Shown here piece after piece: positions 50,902-64,000 of a stretch of DNA of 64,000 nt. The notes beneath the pieces are model-generated. The model saw nothing but the letters and a program-made list of their open reading frames with translations, searched no databases and was not told the DNA's origin. Source of the stretch: Podarcis liolepis (Eukaryota). Both the position numbers and the translations under genes were made by a program. Location of the stretch: NCBI GenBank assembly GCA_965112155.1, contig OZ218099.1. One strand, 5' to 3'. Position 1 is the first letter of the stretch. Every line of letters starts with the position of its first letter.

Positions 50902-51296
50902 GTGAGTATTGGTCACACCTCTTTCATTGTGAATATTTAAAAAAATCCCCCAGGGCTTGGAAAAAGGCCACAGTGGGTGCTTCTGCCAACCCTTAAAGTT
51001 TAGAAATAGCCAGTAACATTTCTTGGAAATAGTTTGTGCCAACTGGCATGGAAGCTGAGATTAATAAAGTGACATCCTTTCTTTTCTCCACATAGTTTCT
51101 TTAAAAGAGAGGGAAAGTTCTTTTACTTTTTTATTTGACTTGGTCAGATTTTTCCCTGCTTGTGTTTGCTGCTGTTGTGTATCCTCCTTGTTGCTTAGCT
51201 ATAGCTGACAACCGTTGCTCGCAGCTCTGTAGAAATAACACAGGTGGTGTGACTTCCTTGCTTATTTTCCATCTCGTTTTGCCTGTTCCTTTGCAG

Positions 51297-51434
51297 GAAC
51301 ATAACTTCATCAAGCGTTATGAGACACTGGAAGTGGATGTGGCGTCCTGGTTCAAAGATGTCATGGCTAAGACAGAGTCACCCCGCACGAGTAGCATCCT
51401 TAGCCAGCACCACCTGCCATTCTTCACCAGGTAG
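51297..51434 (+). CDS. MAP2K7: MAP2K7 last coding exon; protein is 423 aa without exon 2 and 439 aa with it
   Basis: EHNFIKRYETLEVDVASWFKDVMAKTESPRTSSILSQHHLPFFTR*; all exon phases are compatible. Confidence 0.95.
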   Translation, partial: EHNFIKRYETLEVDVASWFKDVMAKTESPRTSSILSQHHLPFFTR

Positions 51435-54400
51435 CCATGTAGAGTGGCTATTGTGCCAAGGAAGGACCCCTTGGCAGACAGAGCTTGCAAGGTGGGGCAA
51501 GAGAGAGCACCACAACAGACACCTGCCCTCACAACAGCAACTCTTCAGTGGCATGAATTGTTTGCTTCACCTGCTCAAATCACCCTTGCCCATGTTGTCT
51601 TTTCCTTCAGTATTGCCATGAAGAGATGGGGTGGCTGTCTGGTCTTTCTGGAATGTGGGTGTGTTCTAGAGCCTTTGGCATTTCTGGCACCAGGCAGCCC
51701 AAGAATACAAGGCCTTTTCCAGCCTGTGCTTGTTATCTTTCTGTGATTGAGCGCCTGCCATCCGGCGTTGCCACGAAGTGACAGCTGCTCCCTGCTTGTC
51801 TCTCTCCACCTTGTCTGGAGGCTCAACAGTGACCCTTGCTCACGCACTGTGAACAGACACAAAACACACAAAAGGAAAAAGAAGATATTTTTTTTACCAC
51901 TTATTTATTAAGTTTGGACTTGTGGTGCTGCGGGCCGCCTGCTGCACCCGTTCACCCATCCCTGCGTTATTAATGTCTGTTTTTGTTTTTCGTTTTTTCG
52001 TTTGTGTTTTTGGGATTGTATTTGCTGAGGGGGAATGGGGCTGGACGTCGATGGGTCGTCTGCTGCTTTAGATTCTGAGCTTAGCTGTTGCTGTTGTCTT
52101 GGTTTCATTTTTTTTTTTAGGGCTTGGGGAGACAGGAAAGTGTAGGTTTGAGAATTATTCTTATCCAAGAGTAGCTCAGTTAAAGTGATTTTTTCCCTCT
52201 TCAATTCTTTTTGAACTCAGGGGTTCCTATCTTTTGTTTTGAGCGTGAACAAAGTTTTGTCAGTGGTGTTTTATTTACCAAAGTGTGTGTTTGGTGCTAG
52301 GATAAATGCTTGTTCATTTTCTTCCAGTATTTAAGAAAAGGAAAAGCAGAACTTAAAAGATAATCCTGGCATCAAGAAAGCCATTTTTAAAAAAAGATTC
52401 AGCCCAAATGATTCTTACTGCTGTGTCTTAGGGATTCTTTAATATATTTAAGTAGTAACACATTTATGCCCTATTGTGGACTTAATTGACTCGATTCTTA
52501 ACTGGTCACAAGTGTGTATCTCCAGTTGAGAATTGGTCAGAGTTTGCTCTTTGGAGATTATGGGCTAGAATCTGCACTGTCTGTCTAGATGCTCAGACTT
52601 CATGAAATCTCAGAGGCGGGATTCTAAATTATCCAAAAGGCTTGGAGGATGAAGGCTGAGCACCCTCCTCAATCCTACTCTTTCAGAATAAAGCTTTTTT
52701 TCTGCTAGTGTTTTTAACAGGATAAGAAGCCAGAAGGGACAGAATTCCAGTCAACTCCAATTGACAGGCATTCCCAAAGTGTTGGGGCCATGCTGTAGGC
52801 ACCAAGGTCTCTGGGTCATTGAAGTTGTCATATAAACCTTTAGGGGCAACAATTCCCACCATTAGCCTTGGGAAAGAGAGGTGGTCAGAGACTTTGGGAA
52901 TGAATCCTGGTTTTCTTCTTGAGTCAATTCTGCCAATAACAATTGCATTTCAGGTAGTCCAGAGGTTAAAGCACAGTCCTGAAGCTCTGACTGTTAACCT
53001 GAAGGTGAGGCTTATTCCTGCTTTCTCTTGCTAGCAAAGGTTGGATTACCATAATCTTAGCTCTTGTCTCAATCCTATGGATATTTGGGTTAGTGTGGTT
53101 ACTTGTGGCGCAGGCATGATGGTGCACTGCATTGTCAGATGCCATACTATACTAGATGTATAGATCAACTTCATAAACCCAACACACGCACACAGAAGTT
53201 TTAGAGTAAAGTCATAGCAGTACTTGGGATGTCCTGAAAAGGAGATGCTCCTGTGGTCATTGATGAGGCTGGGCTGTCTGCTTAGTACAACTCCTTGAGA
53301 CATGGTTCCATCTATATTCTGGCTGTTTCCAAGGGGGAGCTCCTATATTGTATTATGTTTCCAAGGGGAGCCAAAATTAGGTACATTCAGTGGCAGAATT
53401 AGTGGAGGGAGGAGCAGTTATAGCATAATCCATGTTTGGGCATGTCCTACAAAGTGCTTGGGGGTGCTGGGCAACCTGCCAGAAAGTCGGACCAGACCAA
53501 GAGGGTCCTTTGAGATTGGGGCAGCGCACTTGCTTGACTTGTGAGGAAGTAGGTGGGTGTTTTCTGTGACTGATTAGATTTTTAGAGTGGGTAGTTGCTA
53601 ACAAAATGAGGCAAGTTACCAAAGAGCTTGGAGGACATGGAGAGTTCATTTCCTGAGAGGGTGGAGGTCTTCATTCCTTGTGACTGGGACATCGTTACAA
53701 CACAGTGTGGAAGTTCAGTTATTCTGCTGACCTCAGTAGTGACTGTTAATGTGGCAGCATTTTTGGAATATGAAGGAAGGCAATTTCATTTGCACACAGG
53801 CTTTATGAGTAGGTGGTTTTGTGCCTAAAAGAAAATGGGTGGAGTGTATTATATGAAAAGACATTTGCTGTATGAGAGAAAGTTGGAAGTGAAAAGCTGG
53901 TGAAAACTAAAGGGCAGTGAGCAGAGAAAGCAAGTTTCAGATTTAAGATGCGTCCAAACAGTGAGTGAATATTAATGGTTTTTATGGAAGTGGAGTAGGA
54001 AAAGCAATGAAGTTTACCTATGGGTGTCTAATGAAAAACAGAAGGTGGTGCTGCGGTGCATGTTTAAGAGATGCCTAGCCTCCAAGATGAATTCCTCTAG
54101 TATTGTGGAGGCTTCAGCAAGATGTTTATTTAGCCTCTTCTGTGAACTTTGGCTATGATGTCTTCCTAAACTCTCCAGAATTTTAAGAAAATCTGAGTGT
54201 TTTCCAAAGACATTATGCCACAGTTTGAAAGTAGCTTGAAAATAGTGTGCTAAACCATAGTTTGAGAACCAGGAACAAACAACAAACTCACACACTTACC
54301 TTTCCCATTAGTGATCTGATCTTGTTAGAGTAAACTACAGTTTCCCATTGGATCTGAAATAGTAAACCGAGCTGTTACAGTTCTCTAGCAGTAATAATAA

Positions 54401-57400
54401 ACCATGGTTTGATCCTGGTTAGTGAAATAACAGTTTGCCAATTCAGACATAATGGGGAATTGCAGCTGAAACTAACCAGGATCTCTGCACCAACACAAGG
54501 TGGGGGTAAAGGGGGAGAATGCATGCCTGATGTTTGCTGACTTCCTAAACTTTGATTTAGAGAGTCAGTAATGTACATCCAGACATGGTTTTGATTTCAA
54601 GATATTGAGTCATGCTTTTCAAAAAAATAAATAAATGGGTGGTTCCACATAGGCAAAAGACTTCGTTATTTTCAATAGCAAGATCTTTCTGCCGTATTGG
54701 AAGCTCTTTGGGTAGAGGACAAACATAGTAGAAATGCAGTTTTGTGTTTCCCTTGAGCAAAATATCAAGAAAGCTCATATTAAGACTACTTAGAGATATC
54801 ATGTCGGGGTGAAGGGCATAGGAGATAATTTTGCCACAGAAATGTGTTTTGGTTAGGAATTGTTCAGGCCTCCCAACTTCAAATTGATATAAGAATGATC
54901 CCATAAAGATGCAGATTTGAGATGTCACTTGCACACAAAAAATGGTTTGGAGAAGAGTAAAGCATGCTTTCTAGGGCATCTTCCACAAGATGACAAGAAG
55001 AGCAGTACACTGTCAAAATATTGAACTGCCTAGAGAAGGAGAGGGGAGAGGCTAAAACCCTTTATAGCAGAGGACAAGGTAGAGTGGCTGAAAGATATAA
55101 TGAGAAACTCATAGGAGAACTAAAGCCCTGGTGACCAGTAGGACCAGTTGCAGTAGTCTTCTCCGCGGATGATCAGGGTGGCCTGTCTTTCTCAGTGATA
55201 GGCCCTCACCCTTCTGCTTGCTTTTGCACAGTCCAGCAATTGTGGAGTTAATCACTACTTTTGAGAATTCATCTTGGAAAGTAGGCTGGTAGTCATCAAA
55301 GGTCTGGGCATGTTTTGTCGGGGAAGTGAAGCACCTTGGGTAGAGAATGCTGGCGCAGGTGAGGGAACAGAGGAGATATTGTAAGTGTGAAAAGTTGGAC
55401 TCGAGATCCAGGTGGAAGAACAGCACGTGCAAGTTGAGAACGGCACTGGGCTGCGTGTAGAAGAAAGTGGTGTTTAAACTGGATGTCAAGTTAATGTGCG
55501 GAGTGTACTGGGAAGTACAGAAGGTGTGGGAAAGAGATAAATAGAAAGGGTTAGTAGAAGCAGTCTAATGGGATCCATTTTATTGCCTTGTCCTAAAAGC
55601 TGGGTGTGCCCTCCTTTTGGCTCTACAACCTGTTCTTCCATTGGACTTCTGTGAAATGTACTTTAGCAAATGAAGTATACTAGTTGGCAGAGAACTGGTG
55701 ATACTTGGTATGACAACTGGCACTGGTACCTTTCCAAAGTGGCTGATATCTCAAAGTGGAACTAGCAGTGGATCTACCTTCTGGCTTGACCTAAAAACCA
55801 TGGTTTAGCTTTAGAGCACAGAGCCTCTCAAAACCTTTTTATTAGCAGTTGCCAGCATGAATTGGTTAGATGTGCACCACAGCCCTAATCTTTAGTGGCT
55901 GGCTAGGCCCTGGAAATCTTAAATCAAGAAGCATTGGTTGGAAGAAAGTTGAGAGTACAGGAATGTTATTAGAGCACTGGGTTTTCTAGTGCCAATGGAA
56001 AGCAGGTGCCCCCTAATGATGGGATTGGCTTTGCAACGATGAGATTTTTTCTTTAAAGATGGCTTTTGGGTTTTGTTTCCTCTTGGTGTTTAAGAATTTG
56101 TAGGTATCTGCTTTGCTGCTCCTAAAAGCTTTATTCCGTTTAAGATTCCAAGTGATGGAACTGTCAGGTCCTATGAATAAGTGCCTCCTGTAATGTAACT
56201 CCTGAAAAGCTATTTTGTCCGTTGATTTTTTTAGTGGATATTTATTGAACATTTGTGTCGTATCTTGTGAACTTGGAATTTAAGAAAAGAGCCCTTTTTA
56301 AGAAAAGTTGCTTAAAATAAGTAACTTCAGCCTTGCGCTGTTTTAACTTTCCATCTGGAAGCTTGTTCCAGCCATTAAATAAATATATAAATCTTTTGGC
56401 TCTCCTTTCTCTAGTGCCTCAAGACGTCAAGGTTTAGAAGTGCTCCTCCCACAAAGTTGTGAAATAAATTTGCCTACATGTTTGGAAATGTGACGTATGA
56501 GATTTTTCCTGCACATTTCATCATATGTACAGCAGAGCAGTAGCTAGAAGAGATACCAAGAGATTTCTCCAGGTGTCTGAGTTTGTGTTCTTGTCTTAGC
56601 AAGGCAAAAGATACCAGCAAGGGTCTTCAAGGGAATTAGACTGTTTGCATGCAGGTACTACAGTACATAGTGAAGTATGTACTTGAGTATTTATAAAATG
56701 ACTATTAGATGAAACACAGTACAATGACTTGGTAAAGTCCCAGAACTAAATCACTTTTTTTTTTAAAAAAAAGAAGTTGTTATGCAAATGTCAATTCAGG
56801 TTAAAATTCAAAATTGAAAATATTTCTCGTGAACTGAAAATTTATCCTGATGGAGAACATGTCTGAAGTGTTCAAAAAAAATGGGAGGGGGTAGATTATA
56901 AAACATAATATTTACACAGGTTCAGAATTATTAGATTGTTGTTCAGCATTTGAAGCGGGAAGCTTCTGGGTTCACTTTAAAAAATTGCACATTTGTCCCT
57001 TTCAAGAAATGAGTTTGGATACAGTATTCTATTTCCCTTTGGACTTGAAGCTCTCAAACACGGCAGACCACCCAAAAACAATTGACCTCTTGAAGAGCCC
57101 GGTTCATCTTCCCTTTACTTCAAGAGAAAGCAAGAATAACCTCTTATCAGGAGATTGCCTAACTCTCAAATGTGGAAGGGTGTTTTCCATTCTCAAAAGA
57201 AGGTTATAATTTAGCTTGCCATGGTGGGGGGAGCATACAGGGGTGGGATAGGTTTGGGAAACGTTAAAGGTTTTTTCAAACGTTCAAAAACACGGGATGT
57301 CTTTTCAAGAAAAATTGAGGAAAAAAATGCAGTTTTATTGCATTTTTTAAATTATTTTTTTAATGTATTAATTTAGAACAAATCTTTGTTAATGTTATTT

Positions 57401-60270
57401 TTAATCTGGATGGCTAAATGTTTACAATCGCCTGCCTGACATCTGCTCTTAAAGTGTGTGGGGATATTGGGGTGGGGGGGGGCACAGGTGTGCAGCGTGT
57501 GGTGCATGCAATTCAAATGGGGGATTTTAAAACAAACAAAACTGTAAAAAAAAAATCATGCCAAAGGTAAGGCAGAGACTAGCTGGGTAGATGGTTATAT
57601 TCTAGACATTAGCATTTCACTATATTCTCTATATACCATATATTATAAATTTGCATGTTAAAGTAAATAGAAGTAACTTCTATCTTATACAGAAAGGGAC
57701 TTTAACTTTGGATTACTTGTAAATTTGGTCACTTGTCTTGATTCAGGACTGCCTGAACACCTTAAGCTTTAGGGGCTGCTTGATTTTGTTTTTGTATTTT
57801 GTTTTATTTTTGTAGCCACCAAACTTTTGCTTTTCTGCCTTTTCATTAAAAAGGGCATGATCCAAAGTTTCACAGAGGGGTTTGAGAGCAGAGCTGCTGA
57901 GTGGTGGCAGCCAAATTGACTTGAGTTGCAGCCACCATAGAACCAGTAGCCAATTTGCATCTTCTCCAATGCTGTATCTTCCTTTGCTGACCTGTTATAC
58001 TGAAATCGGCGTCACGGAAACATCTGGAAGCTTTGTATCATGGACATCCACCAGGACAATGCTGTACTCATGTGAGCAGTCAGAAGGTTTCAGACAGCCA
58101 GCAGTTTAGCTTTGCTTGCTCAATCAACCAACCTCCCTCATGTTAGTTCCAAGTAATCAAAGCTACACTTTTGTGCACATTTATTTATTGCCCACAGGGA
58201 ACTGTGTGTGTGTGTGTTTAATTTATTTTTTAAAACTTCCCTTTCTTTGACTTCTTATGGAGGGTGTATTTTTCATTTATAGTATTTGGTGAGTAGACTG
58301 TTTTCTCAAAGTAGAGGAATGGAGCATCACAAACAGATTTAATTTCAGGTTGCAGACCACAGTCCAAATTAATTCCAGTGCTTGATTCTTCTCTAAGAGA
58401 CTTGAAATACTCGGGCTGTGGTTGGGCACGCAAAGTCTTGGAATCATGTAACTTTAAAATTCCCAGGATTCAATATCACAAGGCTAAGAGTTGGTGAAGT
58501 TGCTCATAGGTAATATTGGAAGAAGGACTGAGGCTGGAAATCAAGAGAATCATGATTATGCAGATTGACCAAACTCTGTGTTGAAGAATTCATGAAATTT
58601 GCTTTAAAATGATAATTAAGCTGATAAGTTGAATATTTATGCTTGCCTGCTGGCTTCGGAATTTTAATGTAGAACAAATGCTAGTCAGTTACCTTTTAAT
58701 AATTTTTTTTCCTAATGTAGATCAAGCTGTTCTAGGTTATTTTCCAAACACCTGATTCACAAGAGTTACAGTCAAAAATTTATATCCCTGTAAAAGAGGA
58801 AGATTGACCAGGAGGTGAGCTGGAGAACTCGTAGACACTCTGTCAATATTGAGTTTTATTCCTAAGTAGAGAGGAAATACTGTTCCTCTGTAGCTGTAGT
58901 AGATTTTGCCCAAATACAAGAACACAATATTTCAGAATGGTAGCATAGGAATTGGTATGCAACATGAACTGATGGGGTGTGCCTGTAGGTAGAGGAAGGG
59001 GACTTAGGAGAGACAGTTCACATTACTTGTTTCTGTCACATCCTAGTTTTAGAGATGGTTTGTACACTCACACAGTGAAGTTTGGAGAAATGGTTATCTC
59101 TGAGAACTTTGGGATCCGGTCTGGAGAGAAGTCCTGTTTTGCTTATGCTGCTTAAGGGGAGCTTCTTAAAAACAACAAAATTGTCACCATATATATATAT
59201 ATAGTTACCTGTAGAGTGGTTCTTAATTTTTTTTAAAAAATAAATAATTTGGCTCTAGTTTCACATTGGTGCTGTAAACCAAACCATTTTAAAAAGAAAG
59301 TACTGCTCTATATACCAAAGTATTTGTTTGGAAGTTTGTGGAGTTTTTCATAGCATAACCATCTCCTTCCTATCCCCACAGCAGGCCATTTTATTAGTAG
59401 CTCTCCTTACTTAACCTCCAGTTTAATGTCCAGTCAATGGACCCTCTTTATCTTGTTGGAGGGTTTTTTCCCACCAGCACCAGTTGTTCCCAGAGCCATT
59501 TGTCACGGGCAAGAAAAGGTTTAATGTGGCTTAGTATGCTAGATGTTATAATGACATTCAGAAAGCATAGAAATGGCTTATCCCAGGGATAACATGTTGA
59601 GTAAATTCCAATAAAGTAAGTACTGGAGTTTGTCTCAGAAGAGGAATGTACTGATTTATGATTTGAATTTAAATGATTTCAGGCTTAGAGTGCCCTAGGC
59701 CCTCTGGCCAGTTTTGGGGGTGAGTGGATAATTTGCTGAGCTCATTGATTTTCCTACATGCTGAGAAATCAGAAATCAAGCAGTTGCCCTTTTTAAAATA
59801 TCAGTTGTACCTTGAATTTTAAAAGATAATAAGAGAATAGTATCTCCCTGGAGTGTCTTCAAGAGTCTTTGTGAAACACTCCTTTCTGTGCCCTATGGGA
59901 CCCATCCTTGTAGGTTCAGTCCAGCAACATAGGACAGTTCAGTGTCACTTATTTCCAGTTATGGATTGCTAGTCACATCTGAGTGTGATTTCACTGTCCT
60001 AAATTTCACTGCCCACTACTTGGCATGCACCAAATTTTAGAACATAGACTTTCCTTTTCCTAGTCAGCACCCCACCTCCCCATCAGCAGTCCAAACAGCT
60101 TGTCAGAAGTAGTTGCCTGCCTCCAAGCAGCGAGGCCAGTCTGATCAATTTTAGTGGAACTTTTGGATTTAGAAACATACCTACAATAGTATAAGGTAAA
60201 TGACATTCTTGCTTACTTTTGAAAAGCTTTTTTTTTACTCTGTTTGTAAAAACCCTCATAGAAGCTTAAA

Positions 60271-60276
60271 AATAAA
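60271..60276 (+). terminator. Candidate distal poly(A) signal of MAP2K7
   Basis: AATAAA preceded by U-rich/TGTA elements and followed by a GT/T-rich tract (tgtctgtttcttt), at the end of a long repeat-poor stretch. Confidence 0.35.
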
Positions 60277-61929
60277 ACTCTCTTTCCCTAAATGTCTGTT
60301 TCTTTCCATTTCATGCACAATTTTAAAGCAACTTCCTTCCCCAGAATGAACTTCTAAGTCATGAATCATTTTGTGCTTGGAATCAACAAGAAAGACATCC
60401 CGGCAACCTTAAGGGAGATGACTCCATCATGGTTTAAAATGGGTGGAGAACCTGAGGCTAAGGGGACTCAGCGCAGCTCTCCAGGTCTCTCTCTTTGGCC
60501 TCGGGACTCTCCCCAGTCCACACACACTCCGGCCCAGCTTCTCATCCTCCTCTACTAGTTTTTGACTCTTTGAAATGTGTCCTTGAATTCTTATAGCCCC
60601 TCTTGCATGAATGAAGGACAGAGAGGGGCTGCATATATATGTGGAAGCTAGCCTACTGTCCAAAGGTAAAGTTCACATTTGTTGTTCCACCCACATTTTG
60701 CCTCTGCCCATTGTCTCTGCTGCCCGTCCCCAAAGGTCGCCCAGGAGGGAATGATGTGACCCACAGGCTAATAAAGGCTTCCCACTCCTGATCTAAAAGA
60801 TTGATATTTCAGAGGTAGGAAGTGCGGAGTTATCTTGACAAACTTGAAGCTTGGAATAAGTAAGTATTGTTATTAATTATTAAAATTTCTATACTGTCCT
60901 TCACCCAAAGATTACAGGGTGGTTTACAATATGAAAACACAAAATGTGTAACATTGTAACAAGCAGAAGAGAGTAGCAAGTGGTGAATGCATTAATTTGA
61001 GCAGTATCTGTTTTGTCTTTCAAAGAAGAAGGGAAACTGATAATTTGAAGATTGAGGGAAAATCATATTTAGTCTTTGGGCTGCACAGAGGCCTCCAAGC
61101 AGTTTACAATTAAAACTTAACGTAGCAGTTTCTGGGTGCAACGTTAAATCATGCAAATTGACTATTGGAACGTAATGTGCTGAATACATTTGCCACATGC
61201 CATCTGTCGTAAACTTGGGAAACAGTGACCTGTTGGCCTGTTCCCTGCATTTGTTTAACATGTAGAGTAAAAATGCTAAAATTGTCATAAAGGTGAGACT
61301 CAACTTACATGGGGTTTATGTTCTGGGGATGGCGCGTAAAGCCAGAATCATGGATAGTCACTTTGTCTTAACTTGAGACAGCTGAAAATTGCTGTGGCGA
61401 ACAGTGAGGCGGGAGCAGAACCACTCACAAAATGGAAGCAGAATTTGATAATTACTGGCGATGGTTTTTACTGATACCTAATCCATGTTAGAAAATTTAC
61501 TAAATTCTTTGCTGAAGCATTTCGTGTGTGACTAAGAGCTCATCTTTCCTCAAGTTCAGTACATTTGCTCTGGAGGTTTTGTGACTCAGCCTGTTTAGGC
61601 AGAATTTGCTGAATCAGAATCAAAATGCAGAAAGCTTATTCTTTTATATCTTCCCCTCCCCACCTCCACATTCTTCTCAAAGGATTTTTACCCATCTCCT
61701 ATAATTTCTTCCCCCATCCTCCTTCAGCTTTCTTTTCAAACCAGCCAGTTATTTCATTTCTCCTATCTGGGCCTTTTACATTTGCTACGTCTTCCTATCA
61801 CAGCCTTCCTCTCTTATCCTTTTTCTTTTCTGTTCTTGACTTGGAATCAAATCCCTGCTCAGCTGTGAAGCTCACTTAGAACACTTTCAAGAAGGACTGG
61901 TTTCTCAGCTTTACCTACTGTACCGGCTG

Positions 61930-62410
61930 CTAGAATCAAAGAGCTGGAAGAACATCAAAGTGCATTTAGTGCTGATGAAGGGAACCCACAACAGCAGCAT
62001 CTGAGATAGCTTTAAAACTGCTTAAAAATCTGTAATAGATGAGAGTCCACCTTCTGATGCAGTCCACTGTCCAAACAGTTCAGGACATTCTTCCTAATGT
62101 TGTAATTTAAACACATTGTTTTGGGTTACATGCTCTGGAGCAACAAATCTGCTCCATCTATGTGGCAACGTGTCAAATATGTAATGTCCGCTCTGCCCCA
62201 CACAGTCAAACCAGATCCTTCAACCTTCCCTCATCAGCCTTGGTCTCAGGCTCACTCATCATCTTTATTGCCCTCTTTCTTAAATTGTAGCGCCCTGTTC
62301 CTCAGGTGAAGTAACCAAAGCATTCTAGAGCGGTGCCATTACTCCTGAATGGGACACCAAAACTTCTGTTGATGCAGCTCAGGGTTGCATTATTACTTTC
62401 ACATAAGCCT
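61930..62410 (-). mobile_element. Degenerate CR1-like LINE fragment
   Basis: Begins tagaatcaaagagctggaag (CR1 3'-end-like, reversed), followed by decayed LINE-like sequence. Boundaries approximate. Confidence 0.35.
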
Positions 62411-64000
62411 CAAGGCAGTTTGCAGTCATACAATAAAAACAAAATAGATTTTAAAACAACACCCCCAGGCTTAAAAAAATACAAATAAACCTCCAATGCA
62501 CAGATCCATTTGCTTGGTATTTTTTTCTTCAAAAAAGAGAATCTCAACCCATTTGGAAACACTTGTCTTTTTAGCCACTGCATTGAACTCTGACTCCAGT
62601 TTAGCTTGTGGTTTGCTAAAACCCTTGTTTGTTTTCCCATGTACTGTACATTTAGACTAAAATTCCTCTCTGGGCTCTTTGAAGACTGTTTTAACATAAA
62701 TGCAGTACTGTATGTTAAAACGTTTACAATTTGTGGCTAGGCTAATGTATCTGATTTAGTAACAGTATGAACCACATATTATTGAAGACAACACGAGCTG
62801 CCCTACTGAGCCAGATCATCTGATTATTAGGATCTGATTCTTGTAGGAAGGATGCTAGGCTGAATGGACTCAGGACAGGAAGACCTTGATCACATGATAC
62901 AGATTCAATTAACCCATTATGCTAGCAGAAGCCAGAGCAAGGACTCGTCACTAGCACATCAGGGCTTTGCCCCACTCCTCTAGAACCTCCAGAACAGCAG
63001 GCAGGAAGAGGAAGAGAGGAGACTGTTCCATTGTGCAAGCAGAACTCCTTACTGTGGATTGTATGCCACATGGTGCTCGCTCTCCTCCCTAACATGAGCT
63101 CTCTTGTTCACACTTCCAGCTAGCCAGTCAGCTTTGCCCTCCCTCCAGGATATGCCATTCCTTTGCTCCTCGCATATATTTCACATTTTTCATTTCCATC
63201 TGACAACAACAAGGGAGCATGCTTTGTCCTCACTGAGCTAAGTATTGATGGGGAAGAGGGGATCCCCTTTAGATTTTATATTTAAAGGATATTTTTGTAC
63301 ATCTGCAGATTTCAGCCGAGCATGCTCAACCTCCCTCTTGTTTCTTGGTCACTCTGCTTTGGTTCCCACCATCTTGAATTCGTTATTCAGGACACGGATG
63401 TTAAGAATAAGAGCTTTAAATAAGTACCTGGGCTTTGAACACACCTGCTTCCATGCGCTTCCATGTCAACAGTTCCAATGGTCCCATTCTCAAGTTTGCT
63501 TTTGAAAAATGACCTTGGAGCCCAGCTCCATTGAGCCCATAACTTTGCAAAGGTACAAAGGTCCAGTTAACATGTTGCACTCCACCATTTACAATCAAAG
63601 ATAATATAGTAGTAATTTGTTACACCTTCACAATACTTTTAAGACCCAGAGCCTTGTGTTCTTAGCATGTTAGTTATATGACATATATATCTTGGGAACT
63701 CTAGTTTATTCCTCGGTATTACAATACCCAGTTCCCTTAAACTGCAGTTCCTAAGATTATTTGGGGGAAGAGTTATGTGCTTTAAATGTATGCTGTGTAT
63801 GCGACCTTGTATGAGACCCCACAAAACTTCCTCTGTTCCACTACCACTGTGTTGTCCAGCAATTCAGGTCAACTCTCTGCTTTCTGTCTGGCTTAATATT
63901 TTCTCCTTCCCTCCCTTCCTCCCTTCCATGTCTGCAAATGAAAAGGCAAAGGCCAATGTAGCCCCACCCATCTGTGGACCCAGAAGTGTATCAGGCATTG

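Noticed and set aside
55109-55489. 126-aa minus-strand ORF in a locally GC-richer patch downstream of MAP2K7
   Set aside because: No recognisable domain or exon structure; I could not relate it to known neighbours such as TGFBR3L, SNAPC2 or CTXN1.

Overview
Vertebrate genomic DNA, most likely from a squamate lizard judging by the repeat content (CR1/L2 fragments, tRNA-derived SINEs, hAT and Tc1/mariner-type MITEs). Three genes lie head-to-tail on the + strand. (1) LRRC8E is an intact 796-aa VRAC subunit with a CpG-island non-coding exon 1 and coding exons 7590-7727 and 8910-11162. (2) An LRRC8D-type paralog has an open 387-aa reading frame (19884-21047) covering the whole four-TM pannexin-like pore domain. 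Its leucine-rich-repeat domain survives only as a frameshifted remnant (21048-~21320), and candidate 5' non-coding exons and a poly(A) signal are retained. (3) MAP2K7 (MKK7) has 12 coding exons at 25205-51434, including the 48-nt cassette exon 2, followed by a probable very long 3' UTR. The most interesting object is gene 2, a candidate 'LRR-less' LRRC8 subunit and probable ohnolog of LRRC8D that has no counterpart at the human LRRC8E-MAP2K7 locus. All homology calls rest on recalled reference sequences and manual translation; no database search was run.
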